This document shows, in pieces, positions 29,866 to 40,073 of a stretch of 64,000 nt of DNA. The stretch is from the NCBI GenBank assembly GCA_965213925.1, contig OZ243927.1:3264001-3328000 (forward strand). Reading direction: 5' to 3'. Below the pieces are notes generated by a model. It saw only the letters and a program-made list of their open reading frames with translations. It searched no databases and was not told the DNA's origin. Numbering within the stretch: position 1 is the stretch's first letter; the number at the start of each line of letters is the position of its first letter. Made by a program: the position numbers and the translations under genes. This stretch comes from Trueperaceae bacterium (GTDB taxonomy: Bacteria > Deinococcota > Deinococci > Deinococcales > Trueperaceae).

Positions 29866-30554
29866 TCACCGGCTCCGCCAAGGGCATCGGCAGAGCGTTA
29901 GCGCTCATGCTGGCGGAAGAGGGCTACGACGTAGGGGTGCATTACCGAACCAGTCAGCGTGAAGCGCGAGAGGTCGCGCAAGAGGTCAGAGAGAGAGGCG
30001 TCCGCGCCGTCACGCTGCGAGCAGACGTGACCGACGCCGAGCAAGCGGCGGCGTTAGTCGGAGAAGCACACGCGCAACTGGGTCAACTGGATGTGCTTGT
30101 CAACAACGTCGGCGACTACCTCTTCACGCCACTGGACGAACTGGGAATAAATGACTGGCACGCCATGTTCGACTCGAACTTGCACAGCACCTTCTACACC
30201 TGCCGCGCCGCCGTCCCGCTGATGAGAGGGAGAGGTGGGCGCATCATCAACTTGGGCTATGCGGGCGCAGAACTCGTCAAAGCGAGACCGAGCATCGCGG
30301 CGTACAGCATCGCCAAAACGGGCGTGATCCTCTACAGCAAGGCGCTCGCTAAGGTGGAGGCGAAGCGCGGCATTACAGTCAACGTCATTTCACCTGGCAT
30401 CATGGAGAACAGCGTGTCGACGCCCGACGACTTGCCGATGGGACGCGCCGGTGCGCTCACCGAACTCACGGGCGCGGCGAGGTACCTCATCTCACCCGAG
30501 GCGCGCTACGTGACGGGGGTGACGCTCGAGGTCGCCGGGGGATGGAACGTTTAG
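29850..30554 (+). CDS. SDR, pteridine/dihydrofolate reductase-like (TmpR-like)
   Basis: TGSAKGIG, VHYRTS, NNVG, YSIAK. Confidence 0.8.
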   Translation: MPAALVTGSAKGIGRALALMLAEEGYDVGVHYRTSQREAREVAQEVRERGVRAVTLRADVTDAEQAAALVGEAHAQLGQLDVLVNNVGDYLFTPLDELGINDWHAMFDSNLHSTFYTCRAAVPLMRGRGGRIINLGYAGAELVKARPSIAAYSIAKTGVILYSKALAKVEAKRGITVNVISPGIMENSVSTPDDLPMGRAGALTELTGAARYLISPEARYVTGVTLEVAGGWNV

Positions 30555-30555
30555 G

Positions 30556-31692
30556 TTAGGGAATCGAGACCGGGAAGCTGTCGATGCCGAGCGCTTGGAG
30601 CTGCGCCTGGACCTCCTCGAGTTCGTTCGGTCCTAAAGGTCCCACGAAGAGCCTGACGAGCCCCGCGCCCGTCTCGCGTTCAGAGGTTCGGTAGCCGAGT
30701 TCTTCGATGCGTTCGCGCCTGAAGCGCGCACTGTCCGAGGAGCCGAACGCGCCCGCTTGCAAAAAGGTTCCGCTCTGCACCATCTCTCCACTGTTGACCG
30801 CGCTACCCGTCGTAGGGGTGCTAGCCACTGCGGTGTCTTCCGCGCCCTCTGCAGCGCCTTCTGCGCCCTCTTCTGCAGCGGCTGAACCTTCCGCGTCCGC
30901 CTCGTCCGAACTCGCTTCTTCCGGTTCGTAGGAATAGACGAGCGCCTCGCCGCCGCCTTCGATAATCGTCTGCGCGACGCTGTTCGCTTCTTCTTCGGTG
31001 GCGTAAGGGCCCACGAGGGCGAGGCTCAAGTCGCCCTGTGAGGCGACGAAGGTCGGGAAACCCTCTTCGCTATAGCGCTCGGTGAGGTTTTGCGCGCCCT
31101 CTCTCGAGGCGAACGCCCCCACTGACACGCGGTATGAAGGGCTCTCTACGGGAACGGTGGTTTCAGAAGCGTCAGGTGGTGTTTCCGCTGTTTCGCCCTC
31201 GCTCGGCGGCGCAGCCGCGTTGTCTTCCGCGCTGCCGCCCGCCGCCGCATTCTCGGCGTTTTGCCCAGACGCCGCACCAGCCGCTTCGTCCTGATTCTGA
31301 GCGGGCGTCTCATCGGCTTGGGCTTGGGCATTATCTGACGCATTGCTCGGCAAGTCGGGCGCGACAGGCTCGATGCCACTCTGCTGAGCCGCATCGCCGC
31401 TCGCGTTGCTATCCGCGCTATTTGCAGGGGCGTTAGCTTGCGACTCCGGGTTCTGCGCGGCACTTTCTCCCGCGCCTCCTTCCGCGCTCTGTTCGGTATC
31501 TTGCCCCGTATTCTGACCGGGGTTCTGCGAGCCTTCTACTGCTGCGGACCGCCCAGTGCTCGTGTCACCTAGACCTTGTCCGCTGAGAGAGAGAGAGCCG
31601 CCGCTGAGCAGCGTCGCCACAATACCGGCGATCACTGCGACTAGGGCGACGCCGATGATGAGGTCGGGCCAATTGCGTCTTAACCAGTCCAT
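30556..31692 (-). CDS. SPOR-domain membrane-anchored protein
   Basis: N-terminal TM, acidic low-complexity linker, two SPOR repeats (YRVSVGAF, LQAGAF). Confidence 0.85.
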   Translation of the reverse strand: MDWLRRNWPDLIIGVALVAVIAGIVATLLSGGSLSLSGQGLGDTSTGRSAAVEGSQNPGQNTGQDTEQSAEGGAGESAAQNPESQANAPANSADSNASGDAAQQSGIEPVAPDLPSNASDNAQAQADETPAQNQDEAAGAASGQNAENAAAGGSAEDNAAAPPSEGETAETPPDASETTVPVESPSYRVSVGAFASREGAQNLTERYSEEGFPTFVASQGDLSLALVGPYATEEEANSVAQTIIEGGGEALVYSYEPEEASSDEADAEGSAAAEEGAEGAAEGAEDTAVASTPTTGSAVNSGEMVQSGTFLQAGAFGSSDSARFRRERIEELGYRTSERETGAGLVRLFVGPLGPNELEEVQAQLQALGIDSFPVSIP

Positions 31693-31845
31693 GCCCTATT
31701 CTAAAACGAATTTAAGTTTAGAAGTATTTGATTCGAGAAGAACAGCGCTGAAGAGGTCAGCCAAATAGAAAAATAGAATGCAAAAGGCAGAAAGGAAAAC
31801 GCTCCTTTCTGCCTCTAAGTTCTCTGATATCTTGACGGCGCTCGC

Positions 31846-33423
31846 TTAGAAGTACTGCCTGAGTGCGGTCCGAGCCGGGGTGTAGCCCAAGTCCGAGGAG
31901 CGCTCCCACGCCTGCCGCGCTTCGTTGCCGCGCCCTTGCGAGAGGAGCGACCAACCCAGGTTATAGTAGGTGTCCGCGTCGCCGCCGGTCTGCTGGATGA
32001 GAAGTTCGTAGACCAACTCGGCGTCTTCGTAGCGCTCCGACGCGAGGTAAGCCGCGCCCAGGTTGACGCGCGCCTCGACGTTTTCGGGGTCGAGTTGCAC
32101 GGCGCGCTCGTAAAACTGCGCGGCGCTGCGGTACTGACCCGCTTGATAGTTCGCTAAACCTGCCCAAAGCTGCGCGTCGGCGTCTCCGGGTTGCGCCGCG
32201 ACCACATCCTCTAGGGCGATGAGCGCGCCCCGGTAGTCACCCTGACGGTAGAGCGAGCGCCCGATGATGAAGGTCGCGTCGCTGCGAAGCTCGGCGTCGC
32301 TAAGGCGTTGGGCAGCGGCTTCGGCGTTGCGGCGGGCCTCGTCGGGTTGAGCGAGCTGGTCGTAGGTGCTAGCGAGCGCGAGGTAGGTCGCGCCTTGCGC
32401 TTCGGCGTCGTCCAAGCTGAGCGCCCGCTGGAGCGTCGCTAACGCCTCTTGGGGCTGTCCGCTCTCTAAGAAGCTGAGTCCTAAGTTGTAGAGCGCTTGG
32501 CTCGAGTCGGCGTTCACCTGCACCGCCCGCTCGAACGAGCGGGTCGCGTCCGCGCCGCGCCCGAGGTCGCGCTGCAACAGCCCGAGTTTTGTCAAGAGGC
32601 GCGCTTGCGTGTCGGTGTCCCCTGCAGCAGCCGCGTTGCGAATCGCACGGTTCAAGGAGCGAAGGGCGTAGTCATTCTGTCCGGCTTGCGCGTAGATGTC
32701 GGCGGTGAGGGCGTCTACGCGGTACCCTTCCAGACCGCCCAAGCTCGGCAGCGCGTCCAAGCCCTGACCTGCGCGGTAGAGGGCGTCGGCGCGAAGATAG
32801 GTCAACTCTTCGTACCTTTGGCGGTCCTGCGTCAAGTTGCTCGCCGCGGTGTAGGCTTCGGCGGCCTCCCCGAAACGTTCCAACGTCTTGAGCTGCTCCG
32901 CGAGCCCTAAGTAGGCGTCCACTTGCGCCGCAGAGGTCGCTTCGGGCTCGGCTTGCGCAATGGCCTCTTGAAAGGCGCTGATCGCCTCCTCGGTGCGGCG
33001 CAACTTCGCCAAGGTGACGGCGCGGTTAAAGTGCCCGTCGAAGCGGGTCGGGAAGAGGCGGGAGACCTCACCGAACTCGAACAGCGCCGCGGCGAAGTCG
33101 CCGCGCGCGTACTCGGTGAGCCCTAAGCCGAAGTGCGCCTCCGCCGAGAGGTAGTCGAGCGTGACCGCCTCTAAAAAGCTCTCTTTAGCCTTTTCCAACG
33201 CGCCACTATCCAGATAGCGCTGCCCTAAGTTGATCCACGCTTCGACGTCCTCGGGGTTGTTCCGGGTCTCTTTAAGCAGTTTCGCTAAGCTCGCCGGCTT
33301 AGCCTCCTGTGAGGATGCTTGTGAAGATAGGGGGGTCGCGGGTTCAGCCCAGCTAGGCTGCGCGTAACCCAAGGTAACGCAGGCAGACGCCGCAATCAGA
33401 ACGCCGCAAGTTAAGACTCTCAT
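31846..33423 (-). CDS. Tetratricopeptide repeat protein, secreted
   Basis: Signal peptide, many TPR motifs; GGAGG RBS. Confidence 0.88.
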   Translation of the reverse strand: MRVLTCGVLIAASACVTLGYAQPSWAEPATPLSSQASSQEAKPASLAKLLKETRNNPEDVEAWINLGQRYLDSGALEKAKESFLEAVTLDYLSAEAHFGLGLTEYARGDFAAALFEFGEVSRLFPTRFDGHFNRAVTLAKLRRTEEAISAFQEAIAQAEPEATSAAQVDAYLGLAEQLKTLERFGEAAEAYTAASNLTQDRQRYEELTYLRADALYRAGQGLDALPSLGGLEGYRVDALTADIYAQAGQNDYALRSLNRAIRNAAAAGDTDTQARLLTKLGLLQRDLGRGADATRSFERAVQVNADSSQALYNLGLSFLESGQPQEALATLQRALSLDDAEAQGATYLALASTYDQLAQPDEARRNAEAAAQRLSDAELRSDATFIIGRSLYRQGDYRGALIALEDVVAAQPGDADAQLWAGLANYQAGQYRSAAQFYERAVQLDPENVEARVNLGAAYLASERYEDAELVYELLIQQTGGDADTYYNLGWSLLSQGRGNEARQAWERSSDLGYTPARTALRQYF

Positions 33424-33589
33424 TCGTGCCTCCAAAGCGTGTGCCGCCTAAAACAAAGCGCAGACACAGCGAGATTGAAGCCATCGTAGTACGCTGCGCA
33501 CGCCGACCTATATTAAATCTGACACGAGCGTCACCTCAGCACGCGCAACTGTTCGAATCTTCACTTGCGAGGTCGCTGGTGGTCAAGTA

Positions 33590-33665
33590 GCAGGTATCAT
33601 CTGGTTTGAGATACTCTCACTGTGTAAGTCGGTGTCTAGCGCGCACATTCTGAGATGATGCCTGC
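33590..33665 (+). repeat. Repeat family 2 (MITE-like), copy with intact TIRs
   Basis: GCAGGTATCATCT ... AGATGATGCCTGC (12/13 inverted). Confidence 0.8.
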
Positions 33666-33762
33666 GACCCTCCGTCTCAGTGTGTTCTGGAAGTGCTAAA
33701 GGTAGAGAATCCGAGAGCGAGATATGTTTATAGGTGACGCTCGAGAAAGTCCTACGAGAGAC

Positions 33763-34815
33763 TCAAGCTGATGCTTGACTCTGCGCTCGGTCTGGGGTTT
33801 GCGTCAGCGCGAGTTGCCCGCACGCGCCGCCCGCGTCGCGCCCACGGCTAAAGCGCACCGACACGGAGAGCCCGGCGCGGCGCAAGGTTCCCTCGAAGGC
33901 TCTGATCTGCTCGGTGGTGCTCGAGTGGAACGTAGACGCCTGCCACGGATTGAAAGGAATTAGGTTGACGTGCGCTAGGAGCCCGTCCAGACGCTCGACG
34001 AGCGCCTCCGCTTGCCAGAGCGCGTCGTTGACCCCTTGCAGCATCGTGTATTCGACCGTGACACGTCGCCCTGTCGCCTCATGCCAGGCGTGCAGCGACG
34101 CGATGATGTCATCGATGGAGTGCGCGTGCGCGGTCGGGATAATGGCGCGGCGCGTCTCCTCATCGGGCGCGTGCAAACTCACCGCCAACACGAGCGAGAG
34201 GTCCTCTTGGGCTAAACGCCGAATCTTCTGCGGCAGGCCCACCGTCGAGAGCGTGATGCGGCGCGGCGACATGTCGAGCCCTTGCGGATGGACCATCGTG
34301 CGGATCGCGCCGACCGCGTTGTCGTAGTTGAGGAGTGCTTCGCCCATGCCCATCAATACAACGTTACGAATCTCCTTTGGAGGGAAGCCTTCGGCTCTCG
34401 CCACGTCGGTAAGTTGCGCCAGGATTTCCGCTCGCGTCAAGTTACGTCCAAAACCTAGTGCGCCCGTCGCGCAAAAGGCGCACCCCGCCGGACAGCCCAC
34501 CATTGAGGAGATACAGACCGTCTTGCGGTCGGCGTAGGGCATGTAGACGGCTTCGGTCTGCTTGCCGTCAGCGAGCGTGAAGAGGTAGCGCACCGAGCCG
34601 TCTTTGGAAGGGAAGCGCTCAGAGCGGACAAAAGGGCTCACCGTGTAGTGCGCAGAGAGCGTCTCACGCCACCCTAGCGGCAAGTTGCTCATTTCCTCGA
34701 AGCCGCTCGCGCCCCGCTCGTAAAGCCACCCCGCGAGCTGTTTGCGGCGGTAGCTCGGTCCGTCCGTTGGGAGATCAGCGAGGTTGAGGTCTAAAAGGCT
34801 AGGGCGCGTTTCCAT
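33763..34815 (-). CDS. rlmN: 23S rRNA/tRNA m2A methyltransferase RlmN
   Basis: [30 protein letters not shown]. Confidence 0.96.
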   Translation of the reverse strand: METRPSLLDLNLADLPTDGPSYRRKQLAGWLYERGASGFEEMSNLPLGWRETLSAHYTVSPFVRSERFPSKDGSVRYLFTLADGKQTEAVYMPYADRKTVCISSMVGCPAGCAFCATGALGFGRNLTRAEILAQLTDVARAEGFPPKEIRNVVLMGMGEALLNYDNAVGAIRTMVHPQGLDMSPRRITLSTVGLPQKIRRLAQEDLSLVLAVSLHAPDEETRRAIIPTAHAHSIDDIIASLHAWHEATGRRVTVEYTMLQGVNDALWQAEALVERLDGLLAHVNLIPFNPWQASTFHSSTTEQIRAFEGTLRRAGLSVSVRFSRGRDAGGACGQLALTQTPDRAQSQASA

Positions 34816-34887
34816 CCCTCGAGCTTAGCACGCACACATTTTTAGCGAGGAAGCCGCGCAACAGCCAAAGGTGGCGGAGGCAAACGG

Positions 34888-34979
34888 CGTAGAGGCGATT
34901 CATGAATCGCCTCTACGAAGCAGCGCTGTTTGTGAATACGAACGTATCTGATGTGATGTAGGGGTGGGCCCACCCCTAC
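34888..34979. repeat. Two GTAG-type REP palindromes (34888-34917, 34958-34979)
   Basis: Perfect palindromes CGTAGAGGCGATTCATGAATCGCCTCTACG and GTAGGGGTGGGCCCACCCCTAC. Confidence 0.85.
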
Positions 34980-34996
34980 GAAGTGCCGCGAACCCT

Positions 34997-35464
34997 CTAA
35001 GCCGACGGCACGTCCGACGTCAGCACGAAGACGGGCATCTTGTCGCGCAAGGGCTCCACCTCACCGCGCAGGCGCGTGAAGACCTCGGCGTCTAGGTAAG
35101 CGGCGGAGGCGCGGAGCAGTCCTAAATAGTAGGTTGCGACCAGGCGGCGCTCGCCTTCGCTCAACTCGCCGCGCTCCCTAGGGGTCAGCAATTCTTCGAT
35201 AAAATGCTCGTCCGACTCCAAGGCGCGGCAGCCGCCCTGCTCGATCATCTTCTTGAGGAAATCCACGCTCTCGCCGGGGTTGTGCCAAAAGCCGAAGTTC
35301 GTCTCCTCGGTCAGCGCCTCGACTTCGCGCAGTGACGCGCGGTAGTCGGACGCGCCTAAAACCGCCTTGGCGAGGGCTTGACGCTCGAGCCGCTTTTTCG
35401 CGTATTCGCTCAGAGACAAGTACCCTTTTAGCGGGCGCGATTTGCCGCCTACGAGCGCACGCAA
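34997..35464 (-). CDS. Hypothetical protein; 5' end possibly frameshifted (true start may be 35511)
   Basis: Host-like codon usage; upstream frames read MEHL / LEYQDYVLAYR / LRALVGG. Confidence 0.7.
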   Translation of the reverse strand: MRALVGGKSRPLKGYLSLSEYAKKRLERQALAKAVLGASDYRASLREVEALTEETNFGFWHNPGESVDFLKKMIEQGGCRALESDEHFIEELLTPRERGELSEGERRLVATYYLGLLRASAAYLDAEVFTRLRGEVEPLRDKMPVFVLTSDVPSA

Positions 35465-35727
35465 GGCGGTAAGCCAATACGTAGTCCTGATATTCTAAGT
35501 AGATGCTCCACCTCTTTATTTTACGTGTCTAAGAGCGTTTCGTGTGGACCGCTTCTTACGTTGCAAGCGGATCAGCCTATCAGTTCATCAGCATCTCAGG
35601 TTTCAAGCTTTTCCTGACGAGCTGAAGTCCAGTTAAGCTGGATGAACGATGCTAACCCGCTTTTCTTGTCCCCGAGCTGCGCTATAGTGCCCCTAAACGA
35701 AGCTTCAGCACCCAGGGAAGGTGAAAG

Positions 35728-36987
35728 ATGAATCATTCGGTTCAGAAGGCAAAAGTTTTAGGCATGGTCTTAGCGGGCGGCAAGGGCACCCGGCTCGGTC
35801 CTTTGACCGCTAAACGCACCAAGCCCGCCGTACCCTTCGGCAGCAAGTACCGCATCATCGACTTCGCGCTCAACAACATGATCAACTCGCAGATTTACGG
35901 CATGTATGTCATGACGCAGTTTAAGGCGCAGTCCTTGACCGAGCACATCCAGCGCAACTGGCGCTTCGGAAGCTTTTTGAGCGACTATTTCATCACCTTA
36001 GCGCCCGCGCAGATGTACCGCTATGAGGAGATCGGCGAGGAGTGGTACCGGGGCACGGCGGACGCGATCTACCAGAACATGCACCTGGTCGACAACAACC
36101 ACGCCGACTTAGTGGCGATTTTTAGCGGCGACCATATCTACAAGATGGATATCCGCCACATGATCGAGCAGCACCAGGAGACGGGCGCGGACGTGACCAT
36201 CGCGGCGTACCCGACGCTCGTCGAGGACGCCACGCGCTTCGGCGTGTTGCAAGTCGATGACGACTTTCGCATCACGGAGTTTCAGGAGAAGCCTGAGAAC
36301 CCTAACCCGATTCCGGGTCGCGACACCCACGCGCTCGCCTCGATGGGGAACTATATCTTCTCGAGAAAAGCGCTGACCGAACTCCTCACGAAAGACGCCG
36401 CTGAGGAGGGTTCCCCGCACGACTTCGGCAAGAGTGTGATGCCGATGGCGCTAGAGCAGAACTACAAGATCATGGCGTACGACTTCGCGCAGAACCCCAT
36501 CCCCGGTCAGGCGGCGCGGAATACGTACTGGCGCGACGTCGGCACCATCGACTCGTATTGGGAAGCGAACATGGACTTAGTCGCGGTGCAGCCCGAGTTC
36601 GACCTCTACAACACCGAGTGGCCCCTGCGCACCTCCTCGGAGTTTTCGCCGCCTGCCAAGTTCGTTCACGATTCGGGCGACCGGCGCGGGCAAGCGTTCA
36701 ACTCGATGCTCGCCGGTGGCGTGATCGTCTCCGGCGCGACGGTGCGCGAGTCCATCTTCGCGCGGCGCTCGCGGGTTAATTCGTACAGCACCGTGGAGCG
36801 CTCTGTGGTGCTCGATAACTCGACGATAGGCCGGCGCTGCACCGTGCAAAACGCCATCGTCGACAAAAATGTCAGCGTCCCCGAAGGCACGCAGATAGGC
36901 GTCAATTTAGACGACGACAGGGCGAGAGGCTTCACCGTCACCGAGCGCGGCGTGGTGGTCGTTCCGAAAAGCTACCGCTTTAGCTAG
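35728..36987 (+). CDS. glgC: Glucose-1-phosphate adenylyltransferase
   Basis: [39 protein letters not shown]. Confidence 0.97.
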   Translation: MNHSVQKAKVLGMVLAGGKGTRLGPLTAKRTKPAVPFGSKYRIIDFALNNMINSQIYGMYVMTQFKAQSLTEHIQRNWRFGSFLSDYFITLAPAQMYRYEEIGEEWYRGTADAIYQNMHLVDNNHADLVAIFSGDHIYKMDIRHMIEQHQETGADVTIAAYPTLVEDATRFGVLQVDDDFRITEFQEKPENPNPIPGRDTHALASMGNYIFSRKALTELLTKDAAEEGSPHDFGKSVMPMALEQNYKIMAYDFAQNPIPGQAARNTYWRDVGTIDSYWEANMDLVAVQPEFDLYNTEWPLRTSSEFSPPAKFVHDSGDRRGQAFNSMLAGGVIVSGATVRESIFARRSRVNSYSTVERSVVLDNSTIGRRCTVQNAIVDKNVSVPEGTQIGVNLDDDRARGFTVTERGVVVVPKSYRFS

Positions 36988-37287
36988 CAGGCTCTGTTAG
37001 GGAGTCGAGTGCTCGAGGATAAGGTCGCTGGACGGTTTGTACCTGCTGGTTATACACCTTAGTTACATGCCAAGAGGTACCGATACGGTTTTTGGGTAAG
37101 TTCACACTCAACCTTTCATGAAGGTCGCGCTCACCCTCCTTACTTAGCGTTTCATTAACCTTGTCTTACATAGGCTTCGCTCGGAGTTCGAACGTGCGTC
37201 CCGCACTGACACGAACGCCGCTACGCCTGATGATGAAGAGGAGAGAACGACGGTCCTCGCGGTGCACTTTCAAACAAGGAGTTCCTA

Positions 37288-38361
37288 ATGAATCTAAAAC
37301 GCTACATCGCCCTTGCGCTGCTCGTCGGCTTGCTCGCGGCGTGCGGAGGCGACGCCACCGACACAGCCGCGCCTAGCACCCTCGGCGAAGCGGAGACGAA
37401 CGCCGCGCTGGGCGACCTCTCTAGCGACATCATCAGCACGGTGCTTTCGATGAACGGTAACACGAGCAGCGTCGCGCTGCATAAATTTCCCGCCGAAGCC
37501 ACGAGCCTTCTCCTGGCGGGTAGCCGAGCAGGTGCGGAGGGGACGCTGCCGCGCGGCCGCTACGTCTACGACGAAGCTGCGAACGCCTGGCAACGCAGCG
37601 GAGACGCCGACGATCTCATCCTCACCTGGCGCTACGAAGACCTCAGCGCCGCTACTAGCAACGAGGCGACCGTAACGCTCGACTGGAACGCGGGGGGTGA
37701 CACGGTCAACGTGGCGGGACCGGGAGGCGAGACGCTCGAGCTTCCCACCGCCTTCAACCTCATGACGGTCGCCGCCGGAGGAGAGGTCGCTGACGTGGAC
37801 CTCGCGCTCAGCTACTACAACACGCCCGAGTGCGGCACAGCGGACGGCGTCGCCGAACCTACCAGCTTACAGGTGAACGGCGCGGGCAGCCTCTTAGACT
37901 TGAAGAATGTCGGCTTTACCGTTTCCGAAGCGGACGGCGCGGAAACGGTAACGACGCAGGGTGAGGTCGCGCTCAACAAAGAGGGGGGCGTGACGCTCGA
38001 GTGGACCATAAGCTTAGAGGGTGAGCGCGAGCGCGAGAACTGCTTCACGAGCACCTACACACCCACGAGCGGTGACGTGAACGTGAGCGTGACCTCGAAC
38101 GCGGGTAGCTTCGCGCTCGGTGTAAACGTGGACGATGTTGATTTAGAAGGAGGCAGCGCCGCGCTGAGTGACGGTACGCTGCAGATTAACGGCAAGTTAG
38201 CGGTGAGCTTTGCGGGCACGCTGGACGACCGCAACGGAAACGGTATCCCTGGCGAAAACGTTACCTTGACCTTTGCTAACGGGCAGAGCGTGACGCTCGA
38301 GCAAGCCCTTCAGAGCAGCAAGGCAGGCATGATGATGCGGGGGTTTCATTCGAGGCGTTGA
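37288..38361 (+). CDS. Hypothetical lipoprotein
   Basis: AGGAG RBS; lipobox LAAC. Confidence 0.85.
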   Translation: MNLKRYIALALLVGLLAACGGDATDTAAPSTLGEAETNAALGDLSSDIISTVLSMNGNTSSVALHKFPAEATSLLLAGSRAGAEGTLPRGRYVYDEAANAWQRSGDADDLILTWRYEDLSAATSNEATVTLDWNAGGDTVNVAGPGGETLELPTAFNLMTVAAGGEVADVDLALSYYNTPECGTADGVAEPTSLQVNGAGSLLDLKNVGFTVSEADGAETVTTQGEVALNKEGGVTLEWTISLEGERERENCFTSTYTPTSGDVNVSVTSNAGSFALGVNVDDVDLEGGSAALSDGTLQINGKLAVSFAGTLDDRNGNGIPGENVTLTFANGQSVTLEQALQSSKAGMMMRGFHSRR

Positions 38362-38370
38362 GTTATGATA

Positions 38371-38443
38371 GCAGGTATCATCTGGTCAGCTACACTCTTA
38401 CTGAAGAGAACATCGCCTAACACGCATTTTCAGTGATGACCTG
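38371..38443 (+). repeat. Repeat family 2, copy
   Basis: GCAGGTATCATCTGGTCAGCTACACTCT...GTGATGACCTG. Confidence 0.8.
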
Positions 38444-38667
38444 TTTGCCGGAGGCAAAACTTCACAAGCCCTGCTTTAGCGGGTATATCTGCGGAGAAGT
38501 ATAGCAACGATAAGTGGAACTGCTGTAAATTTAGCAGAGAGCGGCCGGAATACATATTCCGGCCATTTTTCATTCCGCGAAGTTGAGAACGCACACACGT
38601 TGCCGCCGAAAGATAAGTAGAGTATGTGTCATTTCTCATCGGGTAGCCCCTAAACGTTACCAAGTGA

Positions 38668-38696
38668 AAGCGCCTCGAGCCCAGCTCGAGGCGCTT
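38668..38696. terminator. Terminator hairpin downstream of CRP-family gene
   Basis: 13-bp perfect stem AAGCGCCTCGAGC/GCTCGAGGCGCTT. Confidence 0.75.
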
Positions 38697-38721
38697 CTTA
38701 TTCCTTACAGTAAAAGAGGTT

Positions 38722-39360
38722 TTAGAACCCTTGCGCGATCTCGTCAAGCTCGTCGGGCGCTAAGAGGACGATCGAGCGGTAGCCCGACTCGATAAGCCCT
38801 TCGCTTCTCAGCTCAGTGATGATCTTCGAGACGCTCTCGCGCGTGCTTGCGGTTCCCTCCGCGATGAGTTCGTGCGTCGCTGAGACCACGATGCGCATCT
38901 CCTCGTTCTCCGACGCTAAGGGCGTCTCGGAGAGTTTAATCAGATAGCGGGCAACGCGCTGGCGCAGATCGCCCGTCTGCAAGTGGTACTCGTAATCCAT
39001 GAGGCGCTGCATCTGGCGCGATAAGGACTGGGTGATGGTCATCAGGTCGCTGTGGTTGATCATCTGGGGGTCAATCGCCTCAATCTGCGCGTTGGTGAGC
39101 GCTTCTGCAATCTCTTCGCGCTTAGAATCCATGAACGCTTCTTCGCCGAAAAAGTCACCGGGCATCACGTGGCGCACCGTGAGAATGCGACCTTCCGGGG
39201 TCATGCGGGTGATGCGGATAAGACCATCCTTGACGCGGAAAACGGATTGTGCGGGGTCGCCGTTATGGTAGAGCGTCTGCTTGCGCTGGAACTTCAAGGT
39301 CTGGCTAGGAGCCTCTAAGCTGGCGTTCATAACATTCACTTCGTTCAAGATTTGATTCAT
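38722..39360 (-). CDS. CRP/FNR family regulator, LdrP/DdrI-like
   Basis: PGDFFGEEA, THELIAEGTASTRESVSK HTH. Confidence 0.9.
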   Translation of the reverse strand: MNQILNEVNVMNASLEAPSQTLKFQRKQTLYHNGDPAQSVFRVKDGLIRITRMTPEGRILTVRHVMPGDFFGEEAFMDSKREEIAEALTNAQIEAIDPQMINHSDLMTITQSLSRQMQRLMDYEYHLQTGDLRQRVARYLIKLSETPLASENEEMRIVVSATHELIAEGTASTRESVSKIITELRSEGLIESGYRSIVLLAPDELDEIAQGF

Positions 39361-40073
39361 GCGTCTTTGTCCCTTCCGCTCGAGTGGCTTAGGTTGAACC
39401 TGCCCTTATCTACACGCGCGGCGCTCAAATTGTGCGCCGCAAGGTATGTCGAACCGTTACACGTTTCGCTCACTGCTCCCCCTTACTCGTTCGTCGCTCC
39501 ACCCGTCTCAGCGTGCGCCTTAGCGCATCGTCGGTCACTCGTTCACGGTAAGCTGTCACGTCTACCAAACTACCCTTTTTCGAGAGTACCCGACTTCTGT
39601 ATGAGCCTGAACTGAAGTATACGAAGGATTTCACAACGTGTATAGGTACATTTAGCTCTATTAGCTTAGATTTCAGTACCCAACTTTCAGCGTTATACCT
39701 ATAACTATGCGGGTTTATTACTGTCTCTTGAGTGAAGATCGACTGGTGCGTTTGTACCAGGTCTGGAGCTAAACTATCCGATTTTTGTCAGCTAGAAAAT
39801 AGCTGAAGGTGCTCTGCAGCACGATTAAATTGGAGTTTTCGCTTCAATCTTGGCCCGTACAAATTCAGAGATAAATACTGTAAATGTTGAGGGCGATAGG
39901 GTCCTCTTCGCTGCGGAGCAGTCGAGCGTAGATGTAGGATTCTTCACAGAGCGAAGCGTTTCGGAACCGTGAGGGCGTTCTCTCCAATGCGGGCTGCGTC
40001 TCCCGGCAAAGGTATGATACATCCTGATGACGAGGACCTTACGAACAGCGTGTAGACGTAGTGGTGGCTGATT

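Noticed and set aside
38430..38747. 105-aa minus-strand ORF and nearby hairpin 38543-38564
   Set aside because: Crosses a terminator and a repeat; no coding signal
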